From NCBI RefSeq assembly GCF_964194155.1, contig NC_135893.1:20150001-20214000 (forward strand): a stretch of 64,000 nt of DNA, given 5' to 3'. Both the position numbers and the translations under genes were made by a program. The notes beneath the pieces are model-generated. The model worked only from the letters and a program-made list of their open reading frames with translations. It searched no databases and was not told the origin of the DNA. This DNA comes from Cetorhinus maximus (taxonomy: Eukaryota). This document shows, one piece after another, positions 29,995 to 64,000 of this stretch; position 1 is the stretch's first letter, and every line of letters starts with the position of its first letter.

Positions 29995-30484
29995 GGTGCC
30001 GAGGCCCGGCTGTCTCTCTCGCCGCTCCGGCTGTGCCGAGGCCCGGCTCTTTCTCTCTCCCGCCGCTCCGGGTGTGCCGAAGCCCGGCTCTCTCTCTCCG
30101 CTCCGTGTGCCGAGGCCCGGCTCGCTCTCTCTCTCTCTCTCCGCTCCGGGTGTGCTGAAGCCCGGCTCTCTCTCTCTCTCTCTCGCCTCACGCTGCCTCA
30201 AGCGCTCAGGACCCCGTTCCGCGGGGTCTTATGGGATTAATGGCTCCTTCATAACGCCTGAATATTTGCAAAGGGTAAAAGCCGATCAGACTCGGATACA
30301 GCCCATCAGGTTTACTGAATCATCCAAATAACAAGGGTTCTGGGCATGGATTACGGCTACACACTGGGACACTAGGTAACTTTCCGTATGGGAATACCGG
30401 AGCAACAAGCTCTCTGTGTATTCTGAGATACTGGAGGACCCAGCTCTCGCTCTGCCTTCTGGGATACTGGAGGACCGAGCAGTG
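29995..30484. promoter_or_regulatory. Bidirectional CpG-island promoter of MRTO4 and EMC1
   Basis: Divergent ATGs 490 bp apart, CpG-rich, with several ZNF143-like (T/A)CTGGGA/TATGGGA words. The same head-to-head arrangement is known in human. Confidence 0.88.
29996..30187. repeat. GC-rich compound minisatellite (5 units of ~33-45 bp with variable (CT)n) abutting the MRTO4 ATG
   Basis: Unit GTGCCGAGGCCCGGC(TC)nCGCTCCGG repeated five times. Confidence 0.92.
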
Positions 30485-58253
<27,769 letters not shown>

Positions 58254-59658
58254 ATACCATCGGCACAGAAGAGAGTAGTTGTCTTGTAGTAGAGAGGAAC
58301 AGAAGATGGGTGCAACCTTATCAGGGACCCCGGTGGAGTTGATGCTCTTATGCCCATGTACATACTATGTATATTTTTTGTAACAGTCTCATTATGAGAA
58401 GCAGGGTGATGGACACTTTCAAGAGTAGATTTTTAAAAAAAAAATTGGTTTCATTGCTGTAAAAAAAAATAATTGAAGCATTTCTATTGATCAGAAATTT
58501 TTTTGAGGTGAAAGATATTTTTGTTCATGCAGAGCTTGGAGCAAAAACGGGAGCTGTTGAAAGTGAGATGTTATGATTAATAGCAAAGCTGAATTTGAAA
58601 GTTTCCCACTGCTGCGCTTTAAATCTTTTAGCTTTTGTTGTGTTTATGGAGCTAGTTGATATTTGATAATAGAACATGGATGTTGCATCTGGCTCAGGTT
58701 CCCCTTTAAACACAAGTGCCAGAGACTAGTTACATTGCCAGAATATCGGACGGAAAACTTGGTCTTGTATACAGTTTAAGTTGTCCGGCGTTCTGGTGTT
58801 CCTTTTGGTCTGATGCTCCATTGTGAGACAGGTTTAGAAATCTTTTTGAAAGAGCTTGTCTGCAATGCTAAAGCACTGCCACCAGATGTTGCTAGACTTT
58901 TTTTTGTCTGGATATGCACTGGATCCATAAGGAGGTATTCTCCATCTTTGGGCATTATCTTCAGTCCCAACACTTCTAAATGGACTTGGTCATTATTGAC
59001 TTGGCATCTTTTATTTTTAATGCCATGATTATGTTGTCTTCTCTCCATGTAATGAACAATCCCACTTTACGGTGTTACATGTTGATGGTTTTTGTGAGGA
59101 GTGGTTGATAGTGGATTGCTGATTGATTACTTACATGAATTTGAAATAGTTGCTGTTAATTGTTTTAATTGAAATCTTGAAGCTTGTGTAGGGTGAGTGT
59201 GCATGTACCTTCAGTGTCACCCGACAAATGCCTTGAAATACAAAAAAATTCTGAAAAATTTAACAGTTGCAACTTGCAAGTGTACCCTAGGAATAGAAGA
59301 TTTTGACTGTTTCTGATTTTAAGTTATGGATGTTTGATACTTAACTCCTTAAAAACCTTGACAGGATTTTAGAGCCAACTTAAAATGTGCAATGGATGAA
59401 TGAGTGAACAGGATTAAAGCCTGATCTGTGAATAGCTGAGATTCTAATCATGTGCCCAAGTTTTAGCATTGTGTTGCAGGAAAGGGAGGCTTAGAATGAT
59501 GGTACTAAGCTTTTCCTGATTAGTTACATGTCTTCTCTCCCATTCCTGTAATTCAAGGATAGCCACATCAAAAACATTGATACTTGAAACTGATACATTG
59601 AAATTTGTTAAATAGTAAGTACTAATTTATGTTTCATGGGTTGTTTTGGAAACCACTA

Positions 59659-59664
59659 AATAAA
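59659..59664 (+). terminator. Candidate EMC1 polyadenylation signal
   Basis: AATAAA ~1.4 kb after the stop, near the end of a repeat-free AT-rich 3'UTR-like stretch; an alternative ATTAAA lies near 59797. Confidence 0.4.
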
Positions 59665-59814
59665 ATGTTACTGCAACATTCAACTTGCTTTTTTTTCTGA
59701 GCTGCAGGTGATGTAATATTTGTAATAATGAAATGAGCTTCCACCACCACTTGATATGAAGATATCTGGAACTGTATTTTAAAAGCAGTTTGTACATTAA
59801 ATACATCAGTAAAC

Positions 59815-60045
59815 CAGGAAGGTCCCACAAACAGCAATGTAATAATCAACCATGTTTTAGTGATGATGGCTGAGAAAATTCTTGGCCAGGGCATCTGTGG
59901 AAAACTCAATAGAGCCATGGGATCACTTGCAACACCTGAATGGGGCAGACAGCCCCTTTGATGGTGCAACACTGAAATGTCAACCCAGATTACGTGCTCA
60001 AGCCTTAGTACGGGGTTCAAACACACAGCAAGAGTGGCTGACACA
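59815..60045 (-). mobile_element. Deu-domain SINE remnant
   Basis: tcccacaaacagcaatg...ttggccagg...gccatgggatc...cacctgaatggggcagac. Confidence 0.7.
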
Positions 60046-60084
60046 ATGTAAAAGTGACAATATTAATTAAAGATCTAATTTAAA

Positions 60085-63000
60085 GGGAGGTGGTATAGTG
60101 GTATTGCCACTGGGGACCCCGGTTTGTATCCCACCACAACAGATTGTGGAATTTGAATTCAATAAAAATCTGGAATTAAAGTCTAAGATGACCATGAAAC
60201 CAGATGGACATGAAACCAGATGGACAGTGAACCATCTGGTTCACTAATGTCCTTTAGGGAAGGAAATCTGTCATGTGACTACACGTGACTCCAGATCTGC
60301 AGCAATGTGGTTGACTCTTAAATGCCCTCTGAAATGGCGTAGCAAGCCACGGCAAACCGCTAAAAGGTCAATAAAAAGGAATGAAACAGGATGGACCACC
60401 TGACATTGACCTTGGTACTGGAAATTACAATGGCAAACTGAGCCCTGTCGACCCTGCAAAGTACTCCTTACTAACATGTGGGGGCTTGTGCCAAAATTGA
60501 GAGAGCTGTCTCACAGATGATTCAAGCAACAGCCTCACATAGTCATACACATAGTTGTACTCACGGAATCATACCTTACAGATCACGCCCCAGACAATAC
60601 CTGGACAGTGTCCTGGGCAGACCTACCAGAGGTGGTGGCACAATGGTACACAGTCGGGAGGGTGTTGCCCTGGGAGTCCTCAACATCAACTCCAGACCAC
60701 ATGAAGTCTCACGGCATCAGATCAAACATGGGCTAGGAAACCTGCTGATTACGACGTACCACCACCCACCTCAGCTGATGAATCAGTACTCCTCCATGTT
60801 GAACGCCATTTGAAGCAAGCACTGAGGGTGGCTAGGGCACAGAATGTACTCTGGGTAGAGGACTTCAATGTCCATCACCAAGAGTGGCTCAGTAGCATGA
60901 CCACAGACTGAACTGGTCGAGTCCTAAGGACATAGTTGCTGAACTGGGTCTGCGTCAGGTGGTGAGGGAACAAGAGGGAAAAACATACTTAACCTAATTT
61001 TCACCAACCTGCCTGCTGCAGATGTATCTGTCCATTACAGTATCAGTAGGAGTGACCACTGTACAGTCTCATCTTCACATTGAGGATACCCTCCATTGTG
61101 TATTGTGACACTACCACTGTGCCAAACGGGATAGATTTTGAACAGATCTAGCAACTCGACTGGGCATCCATGAGGCATTGTGGGCTATCTGAAGCAGCAG
61201 AATTGTACTCAACCACAACTGTTACTTCATGGCCTGGCATATCCCCCACTCAACCATTACCACTATGCCAGTGAATCAACCCTGGTTCAATGAAAGAGTG
61301 CAGGAGGGTATGCCAGGCACAGCACCAAGCATACCTAAAAATGAGGTGTCAACCTGGTGAAGTTACAACACAGGACTACTTGCGTGCCAAACAGCATAAG
61401 CAGCGAGTGATAGACAGAGCTAAGTGATTCCACAACCAATGGATCAGATCTAAGCTCTGCAGTCCTGCCACATCCAGTTGTGAATGGTGGTGGGCATTTA
61501 AACAACTCACTGGAGGAGAAGGCTCCACAAATATCCCCATCCTCAATGATGGAGGAGCCCAGCACGTCAGTGCAAACAGAAATGCAGAAGCATTCGCAAC
61601 AATCTTCAGCCAGAAGTGCTCAGTGGATGATCCATCTTTGCCTCCTCCTAAGGTCCCCAGCATCACAAATGCCAGTCTTCAGCCAATTCATGTCAATCCA
61701 CGTGATTTTTAAAAAATTTCATTCACGGGATTTGGGCTTTGCTGGCTGGGCCAGCATTTATTGCCCATACCTAGTTGCCCTTGAGAAGGTGGTGGTGAGC
61801 TGCCTTCTTGAACCACTGCAGTCCATGTGGTGTAGGTACACCCCAGTGCTGTTAGGAAGGGAGTTCCTAACGTGATATCAAGAAACAGCTGAAGGCACAG
61901 AATACTGCAAAGACCATGGGCCCTAACAATATTCCAGCAATAGTACTGAAGTCTTGTGCTCCAGAACTTGCTGCATCCCTAGCCAAGCTGTTCTGGTACA
62001 GCTACATCACTGGCATCTACCCAGCTATGTGGAAAATGGTCCAGGTATGTCCTGTACACAAAAAGCAGGACAAATCCAACTCAGCCAATCGCCACTCCCA
62101 TCAGTCTACTCTCGATCATCAGTAATGTGATGGAAGGGGTCATCAACAGTGCCATCAAGTAGCGCTTGCTTAACAATAACCTGCTCACTGATGCTCAGTT
62201 TGGATTCCACCAGGGCCACTCAACTCCTGATCTCATTACAGCCTTGGTTCAAACATGGACAAAAGAGCTGAACTCCAGAGGTGAGGTGAAAGTGACTGCC
62301 CTTGACATCAAGGCATCATTTGACCATGTGTGGCAACAAGGAGCCCTAGCAATACTAGAGTCAATGGGAATCAATGGTAAAACACTCTGTTGGTTGGAAT
62401 CATAGCTAGCACAAAGGAAGGTGGTTGTAATTTTTGGAGGTCAATCATCTGAGCTCCAGGGCATCACCGCGGGAGTTCCTCAGAATAGCGTCCTCGGCCC
62501 AACCATCTTCAGCTGCTTCATCAATGACCTTCCTTCCATCATAAGGTCAGAAGTGGGGATGTTTGCTGATGATTGCAAAATGTTCAGCACCATTCATGAC
62601 TTCTCAGATACTGAAGCAGTCCATGTCCAAATGCAGCAAGACCTGGACAATACCCAGGCTTGGGCTGACAAGTGGCAAGTAGCATTCACACCACATAAGT
62701 GCCAGGCAATGACCATATCCAACAAGAGAAAATCTAACCATCACCCATAGCCATTCAATGGCATTACCATCGTTGAATCCCTCACTATCAACATCCTGGG
62801 GGTTCTCATTGACTAGAAACTGAGCTGAACTAGCCGTATAAATACTGTGGCTACAAGAGCAGGTCACAGGATAGGAATCCTGTGGAGAGTAACTCACCTC
62901 CTGACTCCCCAAACCCTGTCCACCAACTACAAGGCACAAGTCAGGAGTGTGATGGAATACTCGCCAGTTTCCTGGATGAGTGCAGCTCCAACAACACTCA

Positions 63001-63296
63001 AGAAGCTTGACACCATCCAGGACAAAGCAGCCCCCTTGATTGGCACCCCTCCCACAAACATTCACTCCCTCCACCACCGACGAACAGTGGCAGCAGTGTG
63101 TACCATTTACAAGATTCAATGCTGAAACTCACCAAGGCTCCTTGGGCAGCACCTTCCAAACCCACGACCACTACCATCTAGAAGGACAAGGGCAGCAGAC
63201 ACATGGGAACACCACAACCTGGAAGTTCCCCTCCAAGCCACTCACCATCCTGACTTGGAAATATATCACCGTTCCTTCACTGTCGCTGGGTCAAAA
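60085..63296 (+). mobile_element. Near full-length CR1-Zenon-like LINE with tRNA-derived head and a single APE-RT ORF (decayed); antisense tail fragment nested at 61707-61869
   Basis: Head TGGTATAGTGG (60091) and GGTTTGTATCC (60121). APE motifs LLTN.WGL, VLTESYL, RGGGT, EDFNVHH, RSDH. RT motifs QFGFHQGHS, LDIKASFDHVW, GVPQNSVLGP, FADD. Collinear with 7525-9440. Confidence 0.92.
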
Positions 63297-63479
63297 TTTT
63301 ATTTTATTTTAACCTTATTAAGCATCTTGAGGGCTGGGGTGAGATTACAGATGAAATGTGACAGTTGTAGGTTGGAGGCCAGGCAGTCAGACGTATTGGC
63401 AGCACCTAACTGTATAATGTCTCTTTATTGCTGGGGGCTGCTAACTGTAGCTTTCCAAACGGCAAGTGAGTGGGATGCA

Positions 63480-64000
63480 CTTGATTAAGTGAATGAGTAA
63501 AACTTTGGCAGATGAAGTTTAAAATGCAAAGTGTTCGGTCATCTACTTTGAAACCTTGAAGGAACAGAGCTATTGAGGGGTCCAATACAGAAATTACTAA
63601 AAGCTAATAGGTACAAAATATAATTTAAAAGGCTAATGAAATGTTGATTGTCATCTTGAGGGCTGGAAGATTATCTGTTGTACACAGCTCTGCTTAAACC
63701 TTGTTTAGAGAACTGTGTTCAATTCTGGACACTGTACCTCAAAATATATATTGGAATCGGAGGGGATGTAGCAAATTCACCAGAATGATACTGGAGGTGA
63801 AAGGGTTAAATTATGAGGACGGGTTGCAGAAATTCGGCTTGTATTCTCATGGGTATGGAAGATTGATATAATTGAGGTATTTAAAATGATTAAAGGAGTG
63901 ATAGGGTTGATAGAAGGTAATTATTTCCTATAATAGGAAATGTTAGAGCTAGACTATTCAGGGCGTACAAAAAGTAGTGGAAATCTGGAACTTTCTCCCC
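63480..64000 (+). mobile_element. Old CR1 RT 3' fragment
   Basis: tggcagatgaagtttaa, tgtgttcaattctgg, ttatgaggacgggttg, tggaaatctggaactttctcccc. Confidence 0.75.

Noticed and set aside
29996-30187. Repeat-spacer pattern resembling a CRISPR array
   Set aside because: The spacers are (CT)n microsatellite, the context is a vertebrate promoter, and there are no cas genes.
62604-63119. 171-aa antisense ORF in the LINE, with similar ones at 7704-8021 and 9023-9250
   Set aside because: Antisense shadows of RT codon usage; not open over the same span in both copies.

Overview
Eukaryotic (vertebrate) nuclear DNA, most likely a shark or other chondrichthyan. This rests on a shark-type mitochondrial control-region insert and on Deu-domain SINEs, CR1/CR1-Zenon-like LINEs and Penelope-like elements. 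Four spliced genes were reconstructed by hand with GT-AG junctions and consistent phase: MAD2L2/REV7 (+, 8 coding exons, 211 aa), a single AKR7A aldo-keto reductase (+, 7 exons, 346 aa), MRTO4 (-, 8 exons, with an apparent frameshift before its acidic tail) and EMC1 (+, 22 exons, 961 aa). MRTO4 and EMC1 share a ~490-bp bidirectional promoter. Introns and flanks hold many mobile elements. The most striking candidate system is a CR1-Zenon-like LINE that starts with a tRNA-derived A/B-box head, lacks ORF1 and an obvious initiator AUG, and has almost no sense-strand T-runs. It therefore looks like a LINE built for RNA polymerase III transcription, with SINEs that are internal-deletion derivatives of it. 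Also notable: a young Neptune-type Penelope element with an inverted pLTR, 14-bp TSD and variant-core hammerhead motifs; hammerhead-bounded fold-back mini-elements; a D-loop NUMT; a Myb-only Harbinger-like element; and a perfect 58-bp inverted repeat. Coordinates were counted manually, repeat boundaries are approximate, and family names come from recalled motifs, not database searches.
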